Source: the human T2T-CHM13v2.0 reference genome, Homo sapiens
NCBI RefSeq assembly: GCF_009914755.1
Contig: NC_060928.1
DNA: 64,000 nucleotides
Direction: 5' to 3' (one strand)
In this document: positions 39,900 through 52,471 of the stretch, piece after piece
How positions within the stretch are numbered: the stretch's first letter is position 1
Layout of the letters: every line of letters begins with the position of its first letter
The notes under the pieces: model-generated
Database searches by the model: none
The model's input: the letters and a program-made list of their open reading frames with translations, nothing else
What the model was told of the DNA's origin: nothing
Made by a program: the position numbers and the translations under genes

Positions 39900-42800
39900 A
39901 TTTTTCATCCATTCGGCCACTCTATGTCTTTTGATTGGAAAGTTCAATCCATTTACATTCATTATTATTTATAAGTAAGGATTTACTCCTGCCATATTAC
40001 TTGTTTTCTGGTTGTTTTGTGGCCTTCTTTCTTGCCTTCCTGTCTTCCTTTAGTGAAGGTGATTTTCTCTGGTGATATTATTTAGTTTCTCACTTTTTAT
40101 TTTTTGTGTATCCATTGTATGTTTTCTGGTTTGAGGCTACCATGAGGCTTGCAGATACTATCTTATAACCCATTATTTTAAGCTGGTCACAAGTTAGCAC
40201 TGTTTGCATAAACACACAAAAAGACAACAATAAAAAACTCTAGTTTTTATTAGTCCCCTTAACGAAATTAGAAAACACCAAGCAGAAATTCTGGAGCTGC
40301 CTTTGTCCCCCTTAACTTTGTCCCCCTGCTTTTTAGCTTTTTGTTGTTTCTATTTATATGTTAATTGTACTGTCTATGTCTTGAAAAATTATTTTTTATT
40401 GGTTCATTGTTTAGTCTTTCTGCTTAGGATAAGGGTATTACACACCACAGTGGGAGTGTTATGATATTCTGTGTTTTTCTATGTACTTACTATCACCAGT
40501 GAGTTTTGTACCTTCAAAGTGATTACTTATTGCTTATTGACACCCTTTTCTTTCTGACTGAAATAGTCCCTTCAGCATTTCTTATAGTACAGGTCTAGTG
40601 TTGATGAAATCCCTCAGCTTTTGTCGGGGAAAGTTTATTTTTCCTCCATGTTTGAAGGATATTTTCACCAGATATACTATTCTAGGGTAAAACTTTTTTT
40701 CTTTCAGCACTTTAAGTATGTCATGCCACTCTCCTGGTCTGTAAGGTTTCCACTGAAAAGTCTGCTACCAGACATATTGGAGTTCCATTATAGGATATTT
40801 GTTTATTTTGTCTTGCTGCTTTTAGGATGCTTTCTTTATCCTTGATCTTTGGGAGTTTGATTATTAAATGCCTTGAGGTAGTCTTCTTTGGATTAAATCT
40901 GCTTGGTGTTCTATAGCCTGCTGGTACTTGGATATTGATATATTTCTCCATGTTTGGGAAGTTCTCTGTTATTATCCCTTTGAATAAACTTTCTGCCCCT
41001 GTCTGTACCTCCTCTTAAAGGCCAATAACTCTTAGATTTGCCCATTTGAGGCTATTTTCTAGACCCTGTAGACATGCTTCATTTTTTTTTATTCTTTTTT
41101 CTTTTGTCTCCCCTGACCGTGTATTTTCAAATAGCATGTCTTCAAGTTTATTAATTCTTCCTTCTTCTTGATCAGGTCTGTTATTAAAGGACTCTGATGC
41201 ATTCTTCAGTATGCCAGTTGCATTTTTGAGCTCCAGAGTCTCTGCTTGAATCTTTTTAATTATTTCAATCTCTATGTTAAATTGATCTGATAGAATGCTG
41301 AATTCCTTCTCTGTGTCATCTTAAATTCATTGAGTTTCCTCAGCTATTTTGAATTCTTTGTCGGGAAGGTGACATATCTCGTTTCTCCATGATTGCTTCC
41401 TGGTGCCTTATTTAGGTCGTTTGGTGAGGTCCTGTTTTCCTGGATGGTATTGATGCTAGTAAAGACCACAGTTACTTTTGCACTAACCACAGTTACTTTT
41501 GTACTAACCTAGTAAAGACCACAGTTACTTTTGCACTAACCTAGTAGATGTTCTTCAGTGTCTGGCCATTGAAGAGGTAGACATTTATTATAGTCTTCAC
41601 TGTCTGAGCTTGTTTGTACCCCTCCTTTGGAAGGCTTCCAGGTATCTGAAAGGACTTGGTGTTGTGATCTATGCTCTATCTGCCTTAGGGAGCACCCCAA
41701 GCCCAGTAACACTGTGCACCACCTTGATGGTCTTGAATAAGATCCAGGAGAACTCTCTGGATTACCCGGCAGAAGCTCTTGTTTTCTTCCCTTACTTTCT
41801 TCCAAACAAATGGAGTCTCTCTGTCCTGAGCCACCTAAAGCTGGGGTGGAGTGACACAAGCACCCCTGTGGCCACATCACTGACGGCACTGGGTCAGACC
41901 TGAAGGCAGCACAGCACTGGGTCTGTAACCACTCCCTGGCTGCTGCCTATGTTCACTCAACACCCTGGGGCTCTGCCATCTGCTGTTGGCAAAGCCAGCC
42001 AGGCCTGTGTCTTTCTCCTCAGGGTAGCGAGTTCCCCCAGACCCTGGATGGTCCAGAGGTGCTGTCAGGAACTAGGGTCAAAAACCTTGGAAGCCTACCT
42101 GGTGTTCTATTGTACTCAAGCTGTGCTGGCACTGAACCACAAGACACAGTTCTCCCCCACTCTTTCCTCCCCTTTCCAAAAGCAGGGGAGCCTCACCCCT
42201 TAGCCACCACCACCACGGGCCCTGGGGAGTACCGCCGGACCACCACTCACGTTCCCTTAAGGCCTGAGGGCTCTTCAGTCAGTTTGTGGTGAACGCTGCC
42301 TGGCCTGGGACTCACCCTTCAAGGCAGGGGGCTCCATTCTGGCCCAGGGCAGGTCCAGAGATGCCATCCAAGAGTCAAGTTCTGGAACTGGGGACCCCGA
42401 GAGCCCACCTGGTGCTCTGCCCCTCTGTGGTGATGCTGGTACCTAAAGGACAAGACAAGGTCCTCTGCTTTTCCCTCCACTTTTCGCAAGCAGAAGGAGC
42501 TTCGCCCTGCAGCACAGGTGGGAATGTGCCAAGTCTCACCTGAAGCCAGCAATTCTCAGAGGCTCACCAAGGCCCTCAATGTAGTACCTGGGTGTCGCTG
42601 CTGGTTATTCAGGGCCCAAGAGCTCTTCAGTTAGCAGGTGATGAATGCTTCCAGGACTGGGTCTTTCCCTTAAATGAAATGGGTTCCCTTCTCACCCAGG
42701 GTGTGTCTAGAAATGTCATCCAGGAGCTAGGTCCTAGAACAGGGCCTCACAAATCTGACCGGTGCCCTGTCCTGCTGTGGCTGAGCTGGTATCCGAGATG

Positions 42801-43491
42801 CCAGACAACGTCCTCCCCACTCTTCCCTCTTCTCTCATCAAGCAGAAGGAAGGAGGCTCTTTTGGAGCTTCGAGCTCTGCAGCCTGGGATTAGGGGAGGG
42901 GTGAGGCCAGCACTTCCTTGGCTACCCCAGCTGGTTTCTCCATAAGTTGCATGCCCCTTCAGTCCACTATCTGTGGGCCCAGTTCAGCACTAAGACTCAC
43001 CTATGAGTTGCAGTACTTATGGCCTAGACTGCCTTTCAAATTTCTTTACAGACCTAGAGCACCTTAGCTCTTGTTGCTAAAGGTTTGCAGGAACTCAAGT
43101 TCCCCACCACTGTGATCAGCGATCCCCTCTGTCTAGGCATGGCTTAAATGCTCCCTCGGTGGGCAGGTGTCAGCTGAGCTTGGTCTGGCACTGAGTTCTA
43201 TGTCTCTCAACTGCTGTGTTCTCCTCCCCCAGTGCCCACAGACTCTGCACCACGCCACCCCTGCTGGGGGTGGGGACGGGTGGCGTCTGCAATTCAGGAC
43301 TGTTTTCTCTATCTCTTCAGTGCCTCTTTCAGCAATACAGAGTTAAGACCAGGTACTATGAGGGCTCACCTGATGTTTGGTTCTCATGAAGGTGTTTTTT
43401 CTGTGTAGATAGTTGTTAGATTGGTGTCCTCGTGGGGGTGGGGGTGGGGGATCGGCAGAGCCATCTGTTCTGCCATCTTTCTCTGCCTCCC
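39900..43491 (-). mobile_element. L1MA/L1M-type 5' half (5'UTR, ORF1, start of ORF2)
   Basis: ORF 40721-40951 RTPSRFNPKKTTSRHLIIKLPKIKDKESILKAAR is L1 ORF1p; 39900-39960 antisense matches NVNGLN.PIKRHRVAEW of the endonuclease. Confidence 0.9.
41456..41546. mobile_element. Tandemly triplicated Hsmar1/MADE1 terminal inverted repeat fragment
   Basis: accacagttacttttgcactaacctagta resembles MADE1 end accgcaattacttttgcaccaacctaata; inserted at a TA in the L1. Confidence 0.75.
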
Positions 43492-44089
43492 CATGATAAA
43501 ATTGAGCATAATTAAGTAAACGCAGTTCCCATATTTCCAAGTTTGGGGATTCCCCACCCAAGCATCACCCTCCAACTTTCACAGGACCACAAAGAGACAT
43601 TCATATAAATAAAAACATGGCAATACACAGAAACAAAATACTGAGTCACTGGGAGCCCCAGCACAGTGGTTGTGGTGCCCGTTTTCAAATGTTCATCGGA
43701 CCACTCAGTGGTGTCCCATTCAACTATTTCCTCTCCCCTTTGCGAAAATCAGCGTCTTCCGTGGAAAATTACAGATTGAATTGAATAGTTGGTTTTTGAT
43801 GTGATAAATTTTCTGATACTAACTATAAAGCTCATTATAGGAAAAGTGCTTGGAGAAGACATTCAGATGATATATTTCTTTGGATCAGGCATGTTGATAC
43901 TTATGTAAACTTAACAATAATCATTGAATAAAGTAGAACTGCAGGTTATTTTTTAGAGAATGAGAAACTTTTTAAATATCTTCGAGCATCAAAGTTACGC
44001 AGATAGTGACTGGTAGAGTCCGGATTTCAACCCGGGTATCCTGTTTCACACCCCTCCACACTTTCTCTAGGATGTACTGCTGTTCACTG

Positions 44090-44385
44090 TTTTTTTTTTT
44101 TAGACAGTCTCACTCTGTTGCCCAGGCTAAAGTGCGTGGTGCAGTCTTGGCTCACTGCAGCCTCCGACCTCCTGGGGCTCAAATGATCCTTTCACTTCAG
44201 TCTCCTGAGTAGCTGGGATTACAGGCTCACACCACCACACCCAGCTAAATATTTAGGGTTTTTTTTGTAGAGGTAAGGTTTCACCATGTTGCCCAGGCTT
44301 GTCTTGAACCCCTGGGCTCAGGCCATCTGCCCGCCTCGGCCTCCAAAAGTGCTGGAATTACAGACGTGAGCCATCGCGCCCGGCC
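44090..44385 (-). mobile_element. AluJ
   Basis: ctcactgcagcctccgacctcctggggctcaaatgatcc. Confidence 0.9.
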
Positions 44386-44871
44386 CATTCACTTTTTTCC
44401 AATCACAACCAAAAGCCCTTTACATCTAAGGCACCCAGATAGTCTCAAATTTTATCACATTTCCAATTATAGGTATTTGTTTGTTTAGAAAAGGAAGTTG
44501 ACTATTAAAATTCTAATGATAAAGAAATGATACTTATTCAGTTAGGAAATATTATAAGGTCACTATAAATCGCATTTGGTACATGCTGATATAATGAATT
44601 ATAATCTTGTTTGGAAAGAATTCAATGCACGAATCCTCATATAATGAAATGGCTATTTCTCTTTGCAACACCAGAATCAAAGACTTGAGAATTTATTTTT
44701 CCTCCTATTATTCAAGAAATATTACAAAATGCAGTTTCATTATCATTAGGATATACTTAAACTACTGGGTGTTACAAGATCTAATCTCTGGGACAATATC
44801 TGCATTAAAGACTCTGTCAGCTCAACCCCTTCTCTGCAAATGATAACAAAATATATAACTAAATGATCTTT

Positions 44872-45165
44872 TTTTTTTTTTTTGGAGACGGAGTCTCGCT
44901 CTTTCACCCAGGCTGGAGTCCAGTGGTGCGATCTCGGCTCACTGCAAACCTCCACCTCCCAGGTTCAAGTGATTCTTTTGCCTTAGCCTCCTGAGTAGCT
45001 GGGACTACAGGCGCACGTCACCATGCCCAGCTAATTTTTGTGTTTTTAATAGAGACAGGGTTTCACCGTATTGGCGAGGCTGGTCTTGAACTCCTGACCT
45101 CATGATCTGCCCACCTCAGCCTCCCAAAGTGCTGGGATTACACGTGTGAGCCACCACGCCTGGCC
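44872..45165 (-). mobile_element. AluS
   Basis: TSD AACTAAATGATCTTT at 44857-44871 and 45166-45180. Confidence 0.94.
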
Positions 45166-45205
45166 AACTAAATGATCTTTAAGATGCCAATAAGAGCTTT
45201 CCCTG

Positions 45206-45206
<1 letters not shown>

Positions 45207-45244
<38 letters not shown>

Positions 45245-45245
45245 C
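45207..45245. repeat. (CA)n microsatellite
   Basis: About 17 CA units. Confidence 0.93.
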
Positions 45246-45960
45246 GAATTAAGAAACTGGAGTAATGTTGATTCTGAAAATTACTCTTTCTTTCTTTAAT
45301 TTCTATCGATTCACTCCCTGCTATAAAAGATGACAGTTATCACACATTCTTCCTTCATTCACCCACTTTCCAAATTTTCTGTAGAGTTATAATTTGTAAA
45401 ATTGTATATTTTGTCCTGTAATTTACACAATTGGTCAGTTTTGATTCTGTAATAAACGATTCACTGCTCACCCCTAGTCCTTTTCCCCGGCTAAATTCCT
45501 ATTAACACAATTTGCAGGATGGATTTTATTGTCTAGTAATTCTTTCAGGAAGCATTCAAGGATGTTGGACTCCTACATGTTTGCGTCTCTGTCATGTCAG
45601 TCGGCTATCTTCATGGTTTGCTGTAGGATTCTCGTGCAGCAGTTTCTTCCCTCAAGACATGATAGAAATTGCCGTGCCTTGGTGTTACCTGAGGTTGCAC
45701 CTGATCTAAAACCAAACTGATTTTCTCCCCTTGTGCTTAACTTGCTTTTCCTGGTACTTTCTTTCTTTTTTACTCCTTCCCCTTTCCTTTCTGCTTTCCT
45801 TCCTGCCTTCTGTTTTTTTGCCTTTGTCTTTTTTTTGAGTTTACATTTCCTTTTCATTTTTCTCTATATAGTTCATGATTTTCTTTCCATTCCAAAAGTT
45901 TTCTAGGAGATTGTTTCTTAATTACAAATATTTAGTGTTTACTTTACAAATATTTAAGAT

Positions 45961-46265
<305 letters not shown>

Positions 46266-47223
46266 AAATATTTAAGATTTTTATCACTTTCTAAATCTTT
46301 TTCTATTTACAGGACATCTCCCACTTAGCATCAGTAATTCATTCTGAAAATCCACTGTTTCATGCTGAAATGTCAGTGGGAGATCTATTTCCCATTATCT
46401 TCAATGGAAAATTATGATAATGCCTTAGCTTATATATCCTACGCAGGCTCCCAGTTTCCTGAAGGGTAACTGAGCAGTGAGATACCCACGTGGAAGGAAT
46501 ACGACATCACATTAGGGTGCAAAGTGTTTAAAACATCACTTCCAGGTCACTAAACGGTTAATATGCCTATGACATCATTGCTCTGTGTCTGCCAGCGGGG
46601 GCCGGGCATCCCCACAGCACCAGCACCTCCCACAGCTTCTACAGAGATTCAGATGTGTTGACAATTATATTTGGAACGCAACAAGGGATGTTTCCCACGT
46701 ATTGTTATGTTGAGGTTGGTATTTATTGAGTTTTAAGGATATAAATTAAATTTTCTATAGAAAGAAGCCTGGGAAATGTTGCATAGAGAGGTGCATATAG
46801 CCTAAGAATTTAGCTATTACAAATAAAGAAGCATTATCCTAGGAAAACGTTAACCAGGAGACATTCTTAAAGGGTATACCTGTATTTATCCTTTTTTTAA
46901 AAAGTTATATCTTGGAAATGTTTGAAGTATATACAAAGTAAACAGAGTAGTGTGATGAGACCCTGGCACCCACTACTCACCTTCAGCAATCGACACGTGG
47001 ACATTCTTGTATCACCTTTGACTCCCTCCCTCCCAGTCAATTATTTCTTTTACAGTTTTTAGTTTTTGAGGTAAAATTTATATACATTGAAATGCAAAAA
47101 GCAAACCCAGACAATTTCAACAAGTGGATACATCCATGTAATTCATACCTCTCTCCAGATGTAGGATGTTTCACTCTTCCAGAAAATTCCATCATGGTCT
47201 TTCCGAGAGACAACCACTGTTTC

Positions 47224-48891
47224 TTTTCTTTTTTTTTTTTTTAATTGATCATTCTTGGGTGTTTCTCGCAGAGGGGGATTTGGCAGGGTCATAGGACAAT
47301 AGTAGAGGGAAGGTCAGCAGATAAACAAGTGAACAAAGGTCTCTGGCTTCCCTAGGCAGAGGACCCTGCAGCCTTCCGCAGTGTTTGTGTCCCTGGGTAC
47401 TTGAGATTAGGGAGTGGTGATGACTCTTAAGGAGCATGCTGCCTTCAAGCATCTGTTTAACAAAGCACATCTTGCACCGCCCTTAATCCATTTAACCCTG
47501 AGTGGACACAGCACATGTTTCAGAGAGCACAGGGTTGGGGGCAAGGTCACAGATCAACAGGATCCCAAGGCAGAAGAATTTTTCTTAGTACAGAACAAAA
47601 TGAAAAGTCTCCCATGTCTACCTCTTTCTACACAGACACGGCAACCATCCGATTTCTCAATCTTTTCCCCACCTTTCCCCCTTTTCTATTCCACAAAACC
47701 GCCATTGCCATCATGGCCCGTTCTCAATGAGCTGCTGGGCACACCTCCCAGACGGGGTGGCGGCCGGGCAGAGGGGCTCCTCACTTCCCAGTAGGGGCGC
47801 CAGGCAGAGGCGCCCCTCACCTCCCGGACGGGGCGGCTGGCCGGGCGGGGGGCTGACCCCCCCACCTCCCTCCCGGATGGGGTGTCAGCCGGGCAGAGAC
47901 GCTCCTCACATCCCAGACAGGGCGGCGGGGCAGAGGCGCTCCCCACATCTCAGAGGATGGGCGGCCGGGCAGAGACGCTCCTCACTTCCTAGATGGGATG
48001 GCGGCCGGGCAGAGACGCTCCTCACTTCCTAGATGGGATGGCGGCCGGGAAGAGACGCTCCTCACTTCCTAGATGGGATGGCGGCAGGGAAGAGACGCTC
48101 CTCACTTCCTAGATGGGATGGCGGCCGGGCAGAGATGCTCCTCACTTTCCAGACTGGGCAGCCAGGCAGAGGGGCTCCCCACATCTCAGACGATGGGCGG
48201 CGGGGCAGAGACGCTCCTCACTTCCTAGATGGGATGGCGGCCGGGAAGAGACGCTCCTCACTTCCTAGATGGGATGGCGGCCGGGAAGAGACGCTCCTCA
48301 CTTCCTAGATGGGATGGCGGCCGGGCAGAGACGCTCCTCACTTTCCAGACTGGGCAGCCAGGCAGAGGGGCTCCTCACATCCCAGACGATGGGCGGCCAG
48401 GCAGAGACGCTCCTCACTTCCCAGACGGGGTGGCGGCCGGGCAGAGGCTGCAATCTCTGCACTTTGGGAGGCCAAGGCAGGCGGCTGGGAGGTGGAGGCT
48501 GCAGCGAGCCGAGATCACGCCACTGCACTCCAGCCTGGGCACCATTGAGCACTGAGTGAACGAGACTCCGTCTGCAATCCCGGCACCTCGGGAGGCCGAG
48601 GCTGGCGGATCACTCGCGGTTAGGAGCTGGAGACCAGCCCGGCCAACACAGCGAAAGCCCGTCTCCACCAAAAAAATACGAAAACCAGTCAGGCGTGGCG
48701 GCGCGCACCTGCAATCACAGGCACTCGGCAGGCTGAGGCAGGAGAATCAGGCAGGGAGGTTGCAGTGAGCCGAGATGGCGGCAGCACAGTCCAGCCTCGG
48801 CTCGGCATGAGAGGGAGACCGTGGAAAGAGGGAGAGGGGAGACCATGGAAAGGGGAGAGGGAGAGGGAGAGGGAGAGGGAGAGGGAGAGGG
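47224..48891 (-). mobile_element. Full-length SVA retrotransposon (SVA_D-like)
   Basis: Poly-T, SINE-R, GC-rich VNTR, Alu-like region, (GGGAGA)n hexamers; 13-bp TSD CAACCACTGTTTC at 47211-47223 and 48892-48904. Confidence 0.97.
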
Positions 48892-48914
48892 CAACCACTG
48901 TTTCAATTACATTA

Positions 48915-49270
48915 CAGATGCTCCATGACTTACAGTGGGGTTATATTCCAATACACCCATTGTCAGTTGAAAATATCCTAAGTTGAAAATGCATTTAACC
49001 TACCTAACCTACCAAATGTAGCTTAGCCTCGCCTACCTTAAACATTCTCAGAACACTTACATTAGCCTACAGTTGGACAAAATTAACACAAAGCCTATTT
49101 ATAACAAAGTGTTGACACTAGTTGGAAAGAAAAATTTTTAAGTGTCAAATACTGTACTGAAAGTGAAAAAGTATGGTCGCATGGGTACAGTTACTACTGA
49201 ATGCATGTCACCTTTGCACCATCATAAAGTCGAAAAATTAAGTCGGCCATCATAAGTTGGGGACCGTCTG
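48915..49270 (+). mobile_element. MER47A (Tigger-derived MITE)
   Basis: cagatgctccatgacttac...cataagttggggaccgtctg termini flanked by TA. Confidence 0.85.
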
Positions 49271-49274
49271 TACT

Positions 49275-51040
49275 TTTGCCCATTCTAGAACTTAAGTGAA
49301 TTCATGCAGACAATGTGTACTCTTCCTCTTCTAGCTTCTTTCACTCAGAATAGTGTCTGTGGGTTCACCATATGTGAGGTGAAGCTAATTCCATTCCTTT
49401 CGAGAGCTAAGTGAGACTCCATTGTGTGACACACCACGACTTGTTTATTCATTCTGCTGCTGGTGGGCATTTGGATTCTCTCCAGTTTTTTGGCTGTTAG
49501 GAATAAAGCCGCTTTGAATTTTCTTATACACATCTTGTTGTGGACATATGTTTTCCCATTTCTTGGAAGACTCTCTGGGACTGGGATTGCTAGGTCATGT
49601 AGTAAATGTATGCCCAGATTCTGAGAGCACTGCCAAGCGCCTTTCCAAAGCAGGTTTGCCAGCCTATATTCACAGCAGGCTGTGGGAGTTCTCAGTGCTG
49701 ACGTCACAGCCAACATTGCATCTTTTTAATTTTATTCATTCTGATGGGCGCATAATGTTATCCCTTGGTTTTTATTTGCATTTTTCTGATGACTAATGAC
49801 GTTGAGAACTTTTTTCTGTGTGCTTATTGTCCATTTGCACATCTTTTTCTGTGACGTGTCTGTTCAAGTTTTTTGACCATTTTAAAAGTTGGCTTGTTGA
49901 TCTTTTCCTTGCTGAGTAATGAAAGTTCTTTATATGTTCAGAATACCAGTTCTTCATCAGAGGTTTTCTTGTGAATGTTTCTCCCCAATCTATTGCTTGT
50001 GTATTCCTTTCTAAAATGGTGTCTGTTGATGACAGAGGTTTTCCTTTGAATTAAAGCTAATGTATCTGTTATTTCTCGTGTAGTTATTGCCTTCTGTGTC
50101 TTATCTAAGAAATCTTTGTTCAGGTCACAAAGATATTCCCATGATTTTTTTCTAAAATTTTTACAGTTTTAGCTTTTATATTTAGGTTTGCCATGCATCT
50201 CAAAATAATTTTTGTGTATAATGTGATACGGATGTTCAGGTTCTTTTTTTTCTTTCTTCCTTTCCTCACCCACCTCTCACTGTAGTGCAGATAGCCATCC
50301 ATTTCAGCACTACCAGTTGAAAACACTTTTCCTTCCTCATTGAATTATTCTGGCTTCTTTGTCAAAAATCAATTGATGGAAAAAGTGTGGGGTCTATTTC
50401 TGGACTCTGTGGTATGTTCCAGGAGTCTTTTTGTGTCTTCTTATGCCAGAACCAGACCATTTGGATTACTGTGGCTTTGGACTGTCTTGAAGTTAGATAG
50501 TAAAGTCCTCTAGCTGTAGTCTTCTTTTTCAAGATTGTTTCAACTTTTCTAGGTTCTTTGGGTTTTCATGTAAATTTTACAATCAACTTATCCATTTCTA
50601 TTTTTAAAAACATGCTGGATTATGAGTGGGGTTGCATTAAATCTACAGATAAACTTGGAGAAAACAATGCACTTAATCTGGAGTCTTTCAATCTGTGAAC
50701 ACAATTTATTTATCTAGTTGTGGGGTTTTTGGTAATTTATCTCAATAATGTTTTATAGTTTTCAGTCCTAAGATTTGCAAGTCTCGTGTTAAATTTGTTA
50801 CAGATATTGTTTCTGCTATTTTTTGATGGTGTTTTAAATGCAGTTATCTCTTATTTTCCAGTAGTTTGTTGACAGAACATAAAAACGCAATTGATTTTTG
50901 TGTATGTTGGCCTTGTATCCTGAGACCTTGCTAAACTCATAGTTTCACTGATGGTTTTGATGATTTTTTAGGATTTTCTACATAAACAATCATGTCATCT
51001 ATGAATAGGCACAGTTTCACTCCTTCCTTTTCAATCTTTA
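49275..51040 (-). mobile_element. Old L1M ORF2/3' region
   Basis: Minus-strand ORFs KTYVHNKMCIRKFKAALFLTAKK and LNIKAKTVKILE match L1 ORF2p. Confidence 0.8.
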
Positions 51041-51559
51041 TGCTTTTGTTTATTTTTCACATAAGACTTGTACTTATTTTGTTAGATTTATACCTGTATT
51101 CATCTGTCTCTAATTTGCGGGGGAGCAGTTTTCTCCGTTACCTCAATTCTCTGATGGATCTAAGGAGAAACATTGATTTTCAGTCTGCCCAGCCTTTTTA
51201 TTCTGTGAGGATGGGAGTGACGACTTCCAAGCTCCTTATATGTTGGGAAAGAAATCAGAAGTCTCTCTGCTATTTTCTTCTTAGCTAAACTCTGCATTAA
51301 TTTCTTGTGTCTGCTGTGGAGATTATATTATACATCTAATGCAATTTACCAGAACCCACTTAATGTTGTGCTATTTCATGTAAAATAAAGGAATCTTGGA
51401 ATGGTATGTTTCTGTTTAACCTCCTCTCACCCTTTTTCTATTATTATCATATATATTTTATCTACATACATCATAAACCCCACCATACAGTTTTATAATT
51501 TTTGCTTTAAACATTATATATATGGGCCCAGCTTCAGTGTCTGCTGCTAACGAATGGGA

Positions 51560-52440
51560 CCTTCCACAACAGGAGCCACGTCAGCACGGGTGAGAGGGGC
51601 CCACATCAGGCTTAAGCACGGCCTCTTTGCCGTCGAGGCTGCCATGTTCATGGGCCCACTGGGTGAGCACTGGGGTGGCTAGCTGACACTTACAGAATGA
51701 CCCATCCCGTCCAGCAGATTCTGTGCCTCCTCCACAGTGGATGTTTACAGCTGGGCATTAATGTGCAGTGCAGGGAGTTGCACAGTTGGGGCACATGACC
51801 GCCGGCCCATGCACGTGCTTCATCCTGTTTTCCCCGTCAACAGCAGGGAAACAGCCAACGGCTGTGTGTTGACTACCCATCTGTCTCAGTAGGCGGTGGG
51901 AACAAGCCACACAGTTCATTTCATTCCCTACAGAGCACTTCATTCTTGCTACTTTTCATGACAATGTTGTCCACCTGGCCTCTGCTCAGCCAGAATTCTG
52001 GAATTAAACTAACCTCAGTGATGCAGGGAGGCCCGTCTTAGGGCAGCATCTCCTATCACCAGTTCTGGCCCATGGAGGACAGCAACCCCTGCAAAATCAG
52101 TGCCCTCCAACAACTGGAGCATCCCTCCTGTGTTCATGAAGGGAGTGCCCTCTAGGCCCCACGTGCAGAGTTAGCTGGTGGGTTCCCAGGTCTCATATAT
52201 TAGACTCATTCTAACATGCCCGCCTCACTGAGCCTTTCAAGGCCTTTCCTGGCACCCTGGAAATTGCCTGGGCAATTCTGGTAGCACTGGGCAGTACAGG
52301 TGATCTGCCTATTTCCTAGGGTTCCAGAAGCTGCCCCAGTAATGGCTCCAGTAACCCTTGCCACGGCTGAGAAACCCTGAGTCATGGGTGAATTCCCCCA
52401 AAGAGACAAACTTTCCCTTATCTTGCCTCATATTTTGCAT
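51560..52440 (-). mobile_element. ERVL internal (gag/pol) relic, continuing at about 55786-55960
   Basis: Antisense HINAQ..STVEEA, TQWAHEHG, GLERLSEAGMLE, DKGKFVSLG..HDSGF, GDYAWGWILRALD match ERVL gag/pol motifs. Confidence 0.75.
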
Positions 52441-52471
52441 GCACACACACATACACACGCATGCATGCACA

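Noticed and set aside
47249-48986. Cluster of short ORFs on both strands
   Set aside because: All fall within the SVA element.
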